IMG/VR virus record: IMGVR_UViG_3300032290_001086
Direction: 5' to 3' (one strand)
DNA: 64,000 bases
Source of the DNA: a virus
Taxonomy: Duplodnaviria > Caudoviricetes
Position numbers and translations under genes: made by a program. Below, piece after piece: positions 13,301-20,788 of this stretch; the stretch's first letter is position 1; the number at the start of each line of letters is the position of its first letter. Under the pieces are notes generated by a model, which was given only the letters and a program-made list of their open reading frames with translations, searched no databases and was not told the DNA's origin.

Positions 13301-13723
13301 ATTAGAAAGAAAGTAACTTTAACTGGAGATCTAGATATATCAGAAGAAATTACTCCACTATCTGGAAGAAATGCTTCTTATATCAGTAAAAAAGTTACTC
13401 TTACAAATTCTTCTACATCAGTTAAAGTATTATTTGATGCTATAAGAAAACAAGGACTTGGTGGAGATTATCCAGAAATTAAAGTATTTGCAAAAATTAA
13501 TTCTGATAATAATTTAGGATCTTTTAATAATATTAATTATATTGAACTTCCTGCAATTTCTTATCCGTTCTCAAAAAATTCTACTGAATATAAAGCATTT
13601 GATTTTGAAATTAAGAATTTACCTGAATTTAAAGAATTTTCAGTTAAAATTGTAATGGTAAGTTCAGATCAAGCAAATGTACCTATCATTAAAAACTTTA
13701 GAGCTATAGCATTGGCAGTATGA
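7361..13723 (+). CDS. VrlC-like (DUF4815) large virion structural protein
   Basis: N-terminal PYFDDFD...RVLFKPG..VQSRELTTLQSILQNQI, plus APGADRL, ARRTYDESGNY and DPIAQSF motifs; follows gp8 as in cyanomyoviruses. Confidence 0.85.
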   Translation: MQNTKTNLSPYFDDFDRSKNYQRVLFKPGTSVQSRELTTLQSILQNQIERFGQHVFKEGSVVIPGQVGYDLLYNAVLIQPLIIGNSVENIRESLVGKTLRGTLSNVKAKVVNTISAEESEKNYITFYVKYTASGNIVNNVQQTKFQNNEVLVDENNNQVAVTAVRNASDYTGSAAFITNGVYFIRGFFVEVPEQNIILDQYSNLPRYKVGLDVIESIITAEEDSTIYDNAVGSSNFSAPGADRLQIRTIFTKKDFNFNDTSSFVELLRFDGEKVIPVTKLAENSVYAELEKNLARRTYDESGNYTIKGFNLKIRETYNNGENNGVYNFNEVTPTGEKVLNRIPNQTDGLAIDGRDYYTVEISPGKAYIKGYEIDNRDKKYLTIPKPKKSSSVNNRGIVSSYGTYFELNTSSIRGIVQPGNTVFVKSTTNNVDTTLGKARVLSLLADGKLFVIDLTLYVIITVNVNLQNTLQVGDFIISNQGAQGIIESVSPGTSNSTITLRQVTGTFYQGNTIKNSRNTTTYSIASVKANKIEEASKVTSTSYNFTANLALEQVSLSGTSFRVNNNVLTGSSTNFQNEITTPMKVLIGDTISIAVTKGAESLTLDNTATNGTYYNVKKLVPTLKNLNPTQFLKILDTAIKSTSDFTYYRTVTEVKVVDVGGIFTISPTEDVTLVTEGILVTNVNGIVAHAATLISSSSMRIQVASNLQGTEVFVTYKKRINNPSLRTKTARKFKFLQVSKSITDSAVYGTRLVDNEISLKFPDVYKIHAIHEATRSDIQQTEFIDNISVNDSSDINPGDILTKDDISAKVISKDGLKLYVKYANETKKFPVGSNLAIQIVVSTNRQVTGRYITSSVYGKYRDITSSFHLVKNDSGEAYNVSKLVRTTNSPTPINKFVVIYDYFEHFNNTNDFYTVNSYSIQEVNYENITLTSDGYPYTDIVDFRHEVQSGSTSGGTLESPYEENTSALDYYSIPRIVTSFSYPGEVISLDYDCYLGRIDKLYIDENGQLTVIKGADSLTPKEPNEVSDNLLISTISIPPYMKNVYDVKVKFETNPRYTMKDISVLESRIRTIEDTTSLNLLEVNTNTLNITDADGNNRFKNGFVADNFKSLNFADMNNPSYSASIDIEKGEMRPYPYINNVNLDYDESISTTLKVGTTVTLPFTEILYAIQDYASRVENLQPFETVNWTGEITVTPDRDVWFDTIRTQGEAQELDLETPFRALLDASGGVGDVWGEWETNQINQNRGWGWGWGGWWWNWWGWGGGPTFSETQTRDGRRNTFTPTNQDIQLGDTFNGMTNIRFARSRIIDFLAEKMKPETFFYFFADGNAADTIVYPKDMTGLTDRSGTFVVGETVRMYPFATFGANAPFITATVVASPFGTYGTTSTYLSLGVINTPDSSQVNPTNIGSNIIIVGQNSNATGRLQLTTPRLKSNAVGVIRAFVLLPPETYETGDIKFAVNDTLQTEVGGISNSSAETTYSTEGTQVQLTSNVLSVSSAEITSTPLPTQTRTLQAANPWWNPPNRDPIAQSFFVEEEGGIFISSIEVYFQTKDNSVPVSVELRTMENGTITETVIPYSVVTLSASQVTSSSDARLGTRFTFPSPVYLKQQTNYAFIVRSTSKNYKIWVSRLAEQDVATGVFIDKQPFIGSLFKSQNMVTWTEDQFEDIKFKLYRAKFDTNVTKKCVLKNIAIPDIDLRSNPLSFTQNSSSITVFHSNHGLHGNNNFVKLSGAISIAPETTLVNAISSGSQVGAFQIGSTNDSTEWTKINNVNISASNPGYIVIENEIIRYNLINGNLITIPDGGRGQFGTTASPHAAGSTVYCYNLNGIPLNALNTVHQITEVIDLDSYKISVPQRANTTVISGGNNIKASRNIPYEQLYANVNMIVPASCDANMTFDSVRSNSIYGSNTSFARITGESIQNRTTKELTESRAVLSEINKGTYFSNINGSLTVSVNLSTNSDNVSPIIDVTGSSVTTISNRIRKKVTLTGDLDISEEITPLSGRNASYISKKVTLTNSSTSVKVLFDAIRKQGLGGDYPEIKVFAKINSDNNLGSFNNINYIELPAISYPFSKNSTEYKAFDFEIKNLPEFKEFSVKIVMVSSDQANVPIIKNFRAIALAV
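11099..11155 (+). repeat. G-rich low-complexity tract with (GGCTGG)x3, encoding GWGWGWGGWWWNWWGWGGG
   Basis: Seen directly; five GGGG runs in an otherwise AT-rich gene. Confidence 0.9.
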
Positions 13724-13726
13724 TAT

Positions 13727-13933
13727 ATGGAAAAACTTAATGTTGAAGGACATCCAAATCTATACCGAGATTTGAAAAGCGGAGCTATTGTAAATGAAAA
13801 TTCATTAGAATATGAAAATTATATGAAAACGTATAGGAAGAAACAGCATCAATCTGAAAGAATAGATAAACTAGAAAATGAATTATTTGAAATTAAAAAT
13901 TTACTGTATAAAATTTTAGAAAACCATGAATGA
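13727..13933 (+). CDS. Conserved small hypothetical protein
   Basis: KLNVEGHPNLYRD..SGAIVN motif and coiled-coil C-terminus; usual neighbour of VrlC in T4-like cyanophages. Confidence 0.75.
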   Translation: MEKLNVEGHPNLYRDLKSGAIVNENSLEYENYMKTYRKKQHQSERIDKLENELFEIKNLLYKILENHE

Positions 13934-14090
13934 ACTTCCTTTAGCAAAAGCATTTTCTCTTCAAAAAATTTTAAATGATATTGATACTTTAAATGAAGAA
14001 GATGCAAAAAGAATAGCAAAAGATTTTGCTAGATTATATTTCACTACGCAACAAACTTGGATTAATTTTACATCCTGGAAAACAAAATAA
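13926..14090 (+). CDS. NblA-like small helical protein (54 aa; not in ORF track)
   Basis: Translates to MNELPLAKAFSLQKILNDIDTLNEEDAKRIAKDFARLYFTTQQTWINFTSWKTK and overlaps the upstream gene end by 8 nt. The L-x-L-x-x-x-F ... A-K ... L-Y two-helix pattern resembles NblA. Confidence 0.55.
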   Translation: MNELPLAKAFSLQKILNDIDTLNEEDAKRIAKDFARLYFTTQQTWINFTSWKTK

Positions 14091-14096
14091 AAAGAT

Positions 14097-14123
14097 AGTC
14101 TCCTTATAAATACTAAGGAGACT
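14097..14123 (+). promoter_or_regulatory. 10-bp hairpin overlapping late promoter TATAAATA (14105-14112); second TATAAATA at 14132-14139
   Basis: AGTCTCCTTA-taaatac-TAAGGAGACT perfect inverted repeat. Confidence 0.7.
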
Positions 14124-14146
14124 TCTTATTATATAAATAACTTTAA

Positions 14147-14482
14147 ATGGCATCTGCTCACAATTTATACATTGATCAAGGTGCAGATTTTAATGCACAA
14201 ATTCAAATTTTTGATGACAACAACGCTCCTTGGAATTTGACTGGCTATACAGGTCAGGCAAAAATTAAAAAATCTTATTATAGTACTACGTCTGTTGATT
14301 TTACAGTTTCTTTCACTAGTGATAGGACTACTGGAAATATTATTTTAGATTTATCTTCTGTGCAAACATCGCAATTGGAACAGGGCAGATATTTATATGA
14401 TGTTGTTATTATCAATCCAGCGTCCAAAAAAACTAGAGTATTAGAAGGAATAGTTACTATCAATCCAGGGGTAACAAAATGA
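14147..14482 (+). CDS. Conserved virion-associated hypothetical protein
   Basis: NLYIDQGADF...GRYLYDV...RVLEGIVTINPGVT motif common in T4-like phages; late promoter upstream. Confidence 0.75.
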   Translation: MASAHNLYIDQGADFNAQIQIFDDNNAPWNLTGYTGQAKIKKSYYSTTSVDFTVSFTSDRTTGNIILDLSSVQTSQLEQGRYLYDVVIINPASKKTRVLEGIVTINPGVTK

Positions 14483-14712
14483 TAACTAGAGTAACAGTAC
14501 CTAATCAATCACATTCTGCGGTAACTGTTTCTAATCAACCACAAGTAATAACAGTAGCTGCAAATGCAGCTCAAAAATTAACATCACTTGGTGATGTAAC
14601 AGGAACCCCACAAAATGGTTCATTATTACAATATGATTCTTCTACCAATAGTTGGGTTGTATCTAATATTATTGAAAGACCTGGCTTAATTATAAATTGC
14701 GGTAATTACTAA
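14479..14712 (+). CDS. Small fibre-associated hypothetical protein
   Basis: LTSLGDV...NGSLLQYDSSTNSW motif; ATGA overlap with the upstream gene. Confidence 0.65.
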   Translation: MITRVTVPNQSHSAVTVSNQPQVITVAANAAQKLTSLGDVTGTPQNGSLLQYDSSTNSWVVSNIIERPGLIINCGNY

Positions 14713-14735
14713 ACCAATTAGGGAACGTTACAAAA

Positions 14736-16811
14736 ATGGCAACTATCATTAAAATTAAAAGGTCATCTGGAACTACTACGCCAAATCTTGGTCAAGGTGA
14801 ATTAGGTTACTCCTGGGGTTCTTCTAGTTATATAGATAATCAAGGAGCATCAGTAACATCTTATGGTAAGTTGTTTCTTGGTACAGGAACAGAATCTGGT
14901 GGTGTTGCCGCTAATATTGAAGTAATCGGTGGTAGATATTTCACCGATATGCTGGATCACGGTCACGGAACCTTAACTGCAAACTCTGCAGTGATCGTAG
15001 ATTCTACAAATAAAATTAATATTTGGAACGTAGATAATTTAACATTGGATGGAAATACGATTTCATCTACAAATACAGATGGAGATATTAATTTAGATCC
15101 AAATGGAAGTGGAGAAATTGTAATCCCAGATGATACATATTTAACATTTGGTACTAGTAAGGATACCAAAATCAAATATGATGAAGCAACAGACGATAGA
15201 TTAGAAGTAACTGGTGCAGATTGGAATTTTGCATCTGGTGTTGCAATCAGTATTAGTGATACAACTGCATCCACAACTACAACATCTGGGGCATTGGTTG
15301 TATCTGGTGGTGTTGGTATTGGAGGAAATTTAGTAGTTGGTGGATCTTTAAGTGTAGGATCATCTACTGCTTCAGATTTTACAGTTACTGGTGATTTAAC
15401 AGTACAGGGTGGAGATATTAATGTATCTCAAACTGCAACTAATATTGAAATTAAAGATAATACTTCTGGTGCTCTTGTAATTAAAGAGGGAACAAATCAA
15501 TATTTAAACATTACAACTACAAATGGTTCTGAATTAGTTACATTTTCTACCGCAAATGTAGTAATTAATAATGATCTGCAGATTAAAGGTGGAGATTTAA
15601 CAACAAATCAAACTACATTTAATCTTTTAAATGCAACCGCAACCACTGTTAATGCATTTGGTGCAGCAACTACAGTTGAAATTGGTGCAGCTACAGGAAC
15701 CACCAACATCAATAATAATTTAGACGTTGATGGAGATGTCAACATTGATGGTGGAGACTTAACTGTATCTACTACCACATTCAATTTAGTAAATACTAAC
15801 GCTACCACTGTAAACTTTGCAGGAGCAGCAACTACAGTTGAAATCGGTGCTGCAACAGGTACTACTAATATTAATAACAACCTTGATGTTGATGGGGATG
15901 TTAATATTGATGGTGGTGATCTTACAGTATCAACTTCTACATTCAATTTAGCCAATACAGCAGCAACAACTGTTAATGCTTTTGGTGCAGCAACTACCAT
16001 TAACTTTGGTACTGCAGCTACTACTACTGACTTCGGAGATCTAAAAATTAATGGTTCAACAATTTTTGGGGATACAAATGGCCAAACTATTACCCTTGAT
16101 CCTTATCCTGGTGGTGGAGATGCTGGCGGCGATGTTGTTGTCAGGGGTAACTTTAAGGTAACAGGAACAACAACTACGGTAAATTCTACCGTAATGACTG
16201 TAAATGATCCAGTATTTACTCTTGGTGATGCAATTAGTGAAAAAGTACTGACTGCATCTGCTTCTAACGGAGCAACCACACTAACACTAGATAATACAAC
16301 TGGTTTAAATACTGGCGATATTGTTAGTGGAAATGCAAACATTTCTGCAAACACTACAATTACAGTTGTTAGTGCAACTCAAGTAACTCTTAGTGCTGCA
16401 TTAACTGGTGGAATTGCATCTGGTATTACTCTAACCTTTACCCAAGGTGCAGACGATAATATGGATCGTGGTATCGAATACAGATACTATCGTGAAAGTC
16501 TAAAGACTGGATTCTTCGGTTATGATGAATCTGGCATTTCTGAAGATGTAATAACCTACTACTTCACATATATTCCAGATGCTACAAACAGTGGAAATGT
16601 ATTTAGCGGAACCAGAGGTAGTGCATACTTCAAGACTGTAAAGCTAGATGATGGAATTACTAATGGAATTCCATTCTTTGATGCATACAAGAGAATTACC
16701 ACAACAGTTGCAGCAGGAACTGCTGATGCAACAACATCAAACCAAATTCTCACAGTAAATGGTTCTGGTGTTCCTGTTTGGACTACAACTCTTGATGGTG
16801 GAACCTATTGA
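14736..16811 (+). CDS. Tail/neck fibre-like structural protein
   Basis: N-terminal IKIKRSSG...GELGY, Thr/Gly/Asn-rich repeats, VRGNFKVTGTTTTVNST and C-terminal LDGGTY; lies upstream of gp13. Confidence 0.75.
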   Translation: MATIIKIKRSSGTTTPNLGQGELGYSWGSSSYIDNQGASVTSYGKLFLGTGTESGGVAANIEVIGGRYFTDMLDHGHGTLTANSAVIVDSTNKINIWNVDNLTLDGNTISSTNTDGDINLDPNGSGEIVIPDDTYLTFGTSKDTKIKYDEATDDRLEVTGADWNFASGVAISISDTTASTTTTSGALVVSGGVGIGGNLVVGGSLSVGSSTASDFTVTGDLTVQGGDINVSQTATNIEIKDNTSGALVIKEGTNQYLNITTTNGSELVTFSTANVVINNDLQIKGGDLTTNQTTFNLLNATATTVNAFGAATTVEIGAATGTTNINNNLDVDGDVNIDGGDLTVSTTTFNLVNTNATTVNFAGAATTVEIGAATGTTNINNNLDVDGDVNIDGGDLTVSTSTFNLANTAATTVNAFGAATTINFGTAATTTDFGDLKINGSTIFGDTNGQTITLDPYPGGGDAGGDVVVRGNFKVTGTTTTVNSTVMTVNDPVFTLGDAISEKVLTASASNGATTLTLDNTTGLNTGDIVSGNANISANTTITVVSATQVTLSAALTGGIASGITLTFTQGADDNMDRGIEYRYYRESLKTGFFGYDESGISEDVITYYFTYIPDATNSGNVFSGTRGSAYFKTVKLDDGITNGIPFFDAYKRITTTVAAGTADATTSNQILTVNGSGVPVWTTTLDGGTY
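15588..16040 (+). repeat. 162-nt (54-aa) tandem repeat, about 2.8 copies, in the fibre gene
   Basis: GGDLT units start at 15588, 15750 and 15912; near-identical protein with many synonymous changes. Confidence 0.85.
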
Positions 16812-16837
16812 TAAATAATTAAAACTATGAGGTAGTT

Positions 16838-17053
16838 ATGAACTCTGATGAAGTAAACAATTTGTTGTCAGTAATGCAAAAGAAAATAAATGAACTGACA
16901 TCACAAAATATAATGCTTGAAGCTAAAGTGATTTATCTTAATAATGTTATAACTTCATTGCAAAAGCAAGTTCCAGTATCGGATGGAGGATCTTTTGGTG
17001 AATCTTCTGAGGTAGGAACAAAAGAAACCGTAAAATCTAGAAGGTCCGCATAA
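16838..17053 (+). CDS. Small coiled-coil hypothetical protein
   Basis: GAGG RBS and GATAAATA late promoter upstream; abuts gp13. Confidence 0.7.
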   Translation: MNSDEVNNLLSVMQKKINELTSQNIMLEAKVIYLNNVITSLQKQVPVSDGGSFGESSEVGTKETVKSRRSA

Positions 17054-17874
17054 TGGCAAAACCAAGTAGTAGAGTACAATTAAAAGAATATTGTCTTCGT
17101 AAACTTGGTAAGCCAGTGATTGAAATTAACGTGGACGATGATCAAATTGAAGATCTAATTGATGATACCATTCAACTCTTTAATGAAAGAGCATATAATG
17201 GTATGGAAAGAACTTATTTAAAATATAAACTTACACAAGAAGATATTGATAACGGAAAGAAAAGAAATATTACTATTACTCAAACAGATACTAATGAATC
17301 TGATAACTCAAGAACTTTAAATTTTGAAGAAGGTAGAGGATATTTAACAGTTCCCGATCACGTTATTGGTGTACAAGGAATTTTTAAAGTATCTAATGCT
17401 TTTGTTAATAACATGTTTGGCTTTAGATATCAATTTTTCCTGAATGATTTTTATAATTTTTATTCATATGATATTATGAATTATTATATGGTATTAACTT
17501 ACCTTGAAACCCTTGACTTTATGTTAGAAGGTAATAAAGATATTAGATATAATAAAGTTCAAAATAAATTATATATTGATCTCGACTGGGGTATGCAATC
17601 TGTTGGGGATTTTATTGTTGTGGATTGCTATAGAGCGTTAAATCCAATTGAGTTTACTAAACTTTACGACGAAATTTGGGTTAAAAAATATTTGACCGCA
17701 TTAATTAAAAAGCAGTGGGGTCAAAATTTAATTAAATTTGAAGGAATTCAAATGCCAGGTGGAGTTACTTTTAATGGCAGACAATTTTATGATGATGCAG
17801 AAGCAGAAATAGATAAGTTATATGGTGAACTATTAAGTACTTACGAATTACCACCATTGGATATGGTAGGCTAA
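17053..17874 (+). CDS. gp13: Neck protein gp13
   Basis: LKEYCLRKLGKPVIEINV...KKQWGQNLIKFEGIQMPGGV motifs. Confidence 0.93.
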   Translation: MAKPSSRVQLKEYCLRKLGKPVIEINVDDDQIEDLIDDTIQLFNERAYNGMERTYLKYKLTQEDIDNGKKRNITITQTDTNESDNSRTLNFEEGRGYLTVPDHVIGVQGIFKVSNAFVNNMFGFRYQFFLNDFYNFYSYDIMNYYMVLTYLETLDFMLEGNKDIRYNKVQNKLYIDLDWGMQSVGDFIVVDCYRALNPIEFTKLYDEIWVKKYLTALIKKQWGQNLIKFEGIQMPGGVTFNGRQFYDDAEAEIDKLYGELLSTYELPPLDMVG

Positions 17875-17875
17875 T

Positions 17876-18973
17876 ATGAAGAATGTTTATTTTTCTCACG
17901 GAACTAATTCAGAACAAAGATTATACGAAGACTTAATTATAGAGTCTTTGAAAATCTATGGACATGATGTATATTATCTTCCTAGAGAAATAGTAAATAC
18001 CCCAGATGGAATTTATGGAGAAGATGTTCTCTCCAAATTTGATGAAAATTATTTAATAGAAATGTATCTTGCAGATGTCCAAGGATTTGGAGGTGATGGC
18101 ACACTTCTAACAAAATTTGGTGTGCGAATTGCCGACGAAGCAACATTTATAATTTCCAAAAGAAGATGGGAAGATTTAATTTCATCCTCAAATAATTTAG
18201 TTACTTCTATTCGTCCAAATGAAGGAGACGTAATTTATTTTCCTCTTACAAATCAATTATTTCAAATTAAATTTGTTGAGCACAATAAACCATTTAGACA
18301 ATTAAATCAAATTACAACATATCAATTAGTATGTGAAGTAATGGAAGATTCCAGTGAAAGATTTGAAACTGGCATTGATGAAATTGATAATATTAGAAGA
18401 GAAGAAGGATTCTCAATTACATTCTCTATTACAAAAGGTATTAAGCAAGTTAACATTGGTAGTGGCGGCAGTAATTATGGAGCGAATACTACTGTTTCTT
18501 TTGGTACTGTGACTGGTTCAACTCCTGCATCTGCAAATGTATCAGTAACCAATGGAGTGATTACATCCATTAACATAATACAACCAGGAGAAAATTATAG
18601 TACTGCTCCTGGTGTTGTTATAACTGGTTCTGGAAATGGAGCATCTGCAACAGCAATACTGGCTCCAACTGGAACATATAAAATGAATGAATTAGTAACT
18701 GGTTCAGTTAGTGGAGCGACAGGAAAAGTAATACGATATGATGTAACAAATAAAGAGCTTGAGCTTATAGATATAGTAGGGAAATTTAAGGACAATGAAA
18801 CTTTAATTGGAGACCAAAGCAATGCAGAATGGGTAATTAATACCTTTAGTTCTATAGAAAATCAAAATGATGATTTTAATGAGAATAAATGGTTTGAAGA
18901 TGAAGGAAATCAAATTGTAAATTGGTCAGAAAAAAATCCATTTGGTGAATATACAAATATGGGAGTATTCTAA
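17876..18973 (+). CDS. gp14: Neck protein gp14 with beta-rich insertion
   Basis: EQRLYEDLIIESLKIYGHDVYYLPR, RPNEGDVIYFP and C-terminal SEKNPFG. Confidence 0.9.
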   Translation: MKNVYFSHGTNSEQRLYEDLIIESLKIYGHDVYYLPREIVNTPDGIYGEDVLSKFDENYLIEMYLADVQGFGGDGTLLTKFGVRIADEATFIISKRRWEDLISSSNNLVTSIRPNEGDVIYFPLTNQLFQIKFVEHNKPFRQLNQITTYQLVCEVMEDSSERFETGIDEIDNIRREEGFSITFSITKGIKQVNIGSGGSNYGANTTVSFGTVTGSTPASANVSVTNGVITSINIIQPGENYSTAPGVVITGSGNGASATAILAPTGTYKMNELVTGSVSGATGKVIRYDVTNKELELIDIVGKFKDNETLIGDQSNAEWVINTFSSIENQNDDFNENKWFEDEGNQIVNWSEKNPFGEYTNMGVF

Positions 18974-19776
18974 TGTTAGGCAGACACTTTTATAACGAAT
19001 CTATAAGAAGAACTATTATTGGTTTTGGTACATTATTCAATAATATAGAGCTTCAAAGAAAGGACAAAAATAATAATACAATTCAAACTATAAAAGTTCC
19101 TTTTGCGTATGGACCAAAAGAGAAATTTTTAGCGAGGGTAGAGGCGGAACCAGATTTAGATAAGCGTAGACCAACACAAATACAATTACCAAGAATTTCT
19201 TTTGAGTTGAACAGTATTTCATATGACGCTTCTAGAAAATTAGGTCCAGTTCAAGTATGCAGAACTCCAAAGTCTGGAGACACTGATAAGTCATATTCTC
19301 ATTACATGCCAGTTCCTTATAATTTAGATTTTGAGTTGGCAATTATAAGTAAAAATAATGAGGATGCTGTTCAAATACTTGAACAAATTCTTCCATATTT
19401 TCAACCACTATTTAATGTTACAGTGAAAATGTTGGACGAAACAAATGAGTATAAAGATATTCCAATTATATTAAATAATGTTTCTATTCAGGATGACTAT
19501 GAAGGAAGCTTTGTAACAAGAAGAACTATTATATACGTATTACAGTTCACAGTAAAGAGTTATGTATACGGTCCACTCACCACATCTGAAGTTATCAAAA
19601 AAGTTAACGTTGATATTGGTACAGCTATTAATGCTAATAGATATATTAGATACAGTGCTACCCCAAAAGCACTTGAAGATATAAATGATGATGGTCAAAT
19701 AAATGCTGCAGATGATTTACTAGTTGAAGCGGAGGATGATTTTGGATTTAATGAAATTTGGACTATGACAGAATAA
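18973..19776 (+). CDS. gp15: Tail sheath stabiliser gp15
   Basis: FYNESIRRTIIGFGTLFNNI, LPRISFE and QILEQILPYFQP. Confidence 0.92.
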   Translation: MLGRHFYNESIRRTIIGFGTLFNNIELQRKDKNNNTIQTIKVPFAYGPKEKFLARVEAEPDLDKRRPTQIQLPRISFELNSISYDASRKLGPVQVCRTPKSGDTDKSYSHYMPVPYNLDFELAIISKNNEDAVQILEQILPYFQPLFNVTVKMLDETNEYKDIPIILNNVSIQDDYEGSFVTRRTIIYVLQFTVKSYVYGPLTTSEVIKKVNVDIGTAINANRYIRYSATPKALEDINDDGQINAADDLLVEAEDDFGFNEIWTMTE

Positions 19777-19778
19777 CC

Positions 19779-20216
19779 ATGGCTACTTTTGATGAATTAG
19801 ATAAAACATTTAACATTACTCCAGTAGAGGAAGAAGTAACAGAAGTTGAAGTAGTTTCTTCAACTGAATCTTCATTATCTACTGATAAAAAGTCTGATTT
19901 GGACGCAGATTATGAACACAGCAGAAAACAAATTTATGATTTAATTGAAACTGGTCAACAAGCAATAAAAGGAATAATGGATGTAGCAACTCAAACAGAT
20001 CATCCAAGAGCTTACGAAGTTGCTTTTCAAGGTATTAAAAATGTATCAGAACTTGCAGACAAATTAGTAGATCTACAGAAAAAAATGAAGACCATTGAAG
20101 AAGATACTCCTTCCAGAAAAGGTCCATCTACTGTAAACAATACAATGTTTATCGGAAGCACCGCAGAACTTCAAAAGTTTCTAAAACAATCCAAAATAAA
20201 TAATACGGAAGAATGA
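19779..20216 (+). CDS. gp16: Terminase small subunit gp16
   Basis: DYEHSR...HPRAYEV...NNTMFIGSTAELQKFL; ATG at 19779 preferred over the TTG in the track. Confidence 0.9.
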   Translation: MATFDELDKTFNITPVEEEVTEVEVVSSTESSLSTDKKSDLDADYEHSRKQIYDLIETGQQAIKGIMDVATQTDHPRAYEVAFQGIKNVSELADKLVDLQKKMKTIEEDTPSRKGPSTVNNTMFIGSTAELQKFLKQSKINNTEE

Positions 20217-20236
20217 TAACAATTCGGAGAATTTAA

Positions 20237-20785
20237 ATGTCAGTCATTAAAGTTGTACAAGATTTACCTATAGTAGATACTACAGATACTACAGATACTC
20301 AATCTACTGCATTCATCGTCAATAGTGGTGTAATTCGTTTTATTGCTGATATTGCAAAAGGTCCAGCAAGAATTGCATGGGGAGGAAACCCTCTAGCAGC
20401 AAACAGCACACTTTACATCCATGATGGGTATGAGATTGTAGTCAAGGTTGCTTCCGTAAAAAGAGCTGCTATTGCTAGTATTACTAAGGGTGCGAGTACA
20501 ACTGTTCTAAATATGAGACAAGATGTTGGTCGTCCAGCACATTCGTTTGTTGTTGGTGATTATGTTACTCTAACTGGCTCTTTGGTTGCTGCATATAATA
20601 CTGGCGTTGCACACCTAGCAGTAACTGCAGTAACAGATACTTCAATTTCGGTTGCTCTTAACTCTTCTGGTTATGCTGATTTTACTGGAACTGCCACTCT
20701 AAATAATAGTCTTAAGTATGCTACAATTGCTGGAAATGGTGGTTCTAAAGTATATGCAACAGAAATTCAAATTGTTGGTGGTTGA
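20237..20785 (+). CDS. Hypothetical virion protein
   Basis: GGAG RBS; beta-rich, with HSFVVGDYVTLTG motif similar to the C-terminus of the gp7-like protein. Confidence 0.65.
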   Translation: MSVIKVVQDLPIVDTTDTTDTQSTAFIVNSGVIRFIADIAKGPARIAWGGNPLAANSTLYIHDGYEIVVKVASVKRAAIASITKGASTTVLNMRQDVGRPAHSFVVGDYVTLTGSLVAAYNTGVAHLAVTAVTDTSISVALNSSGYADFTGTATLNNSLKYATIAGNGGSKVYATEIQIVGG

Positions 20786-20788
20786 TAG

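Noticed and set aside
15588-16040. Possible DGR template/variable repeat pair or CRISPR-like array
   Set aside because: The repeats are in-frame with synonymous, non-adenine-specific differences; there is no reverse transcriptase and no spacer structure.
14963-16753. Several minus-strand ORFs up to 130 aa opposite the fibre gene
   Set aside because: Antisense shadows of a Thr/Gly/Ala-rich repetitive gene, with no RBS or promoter.
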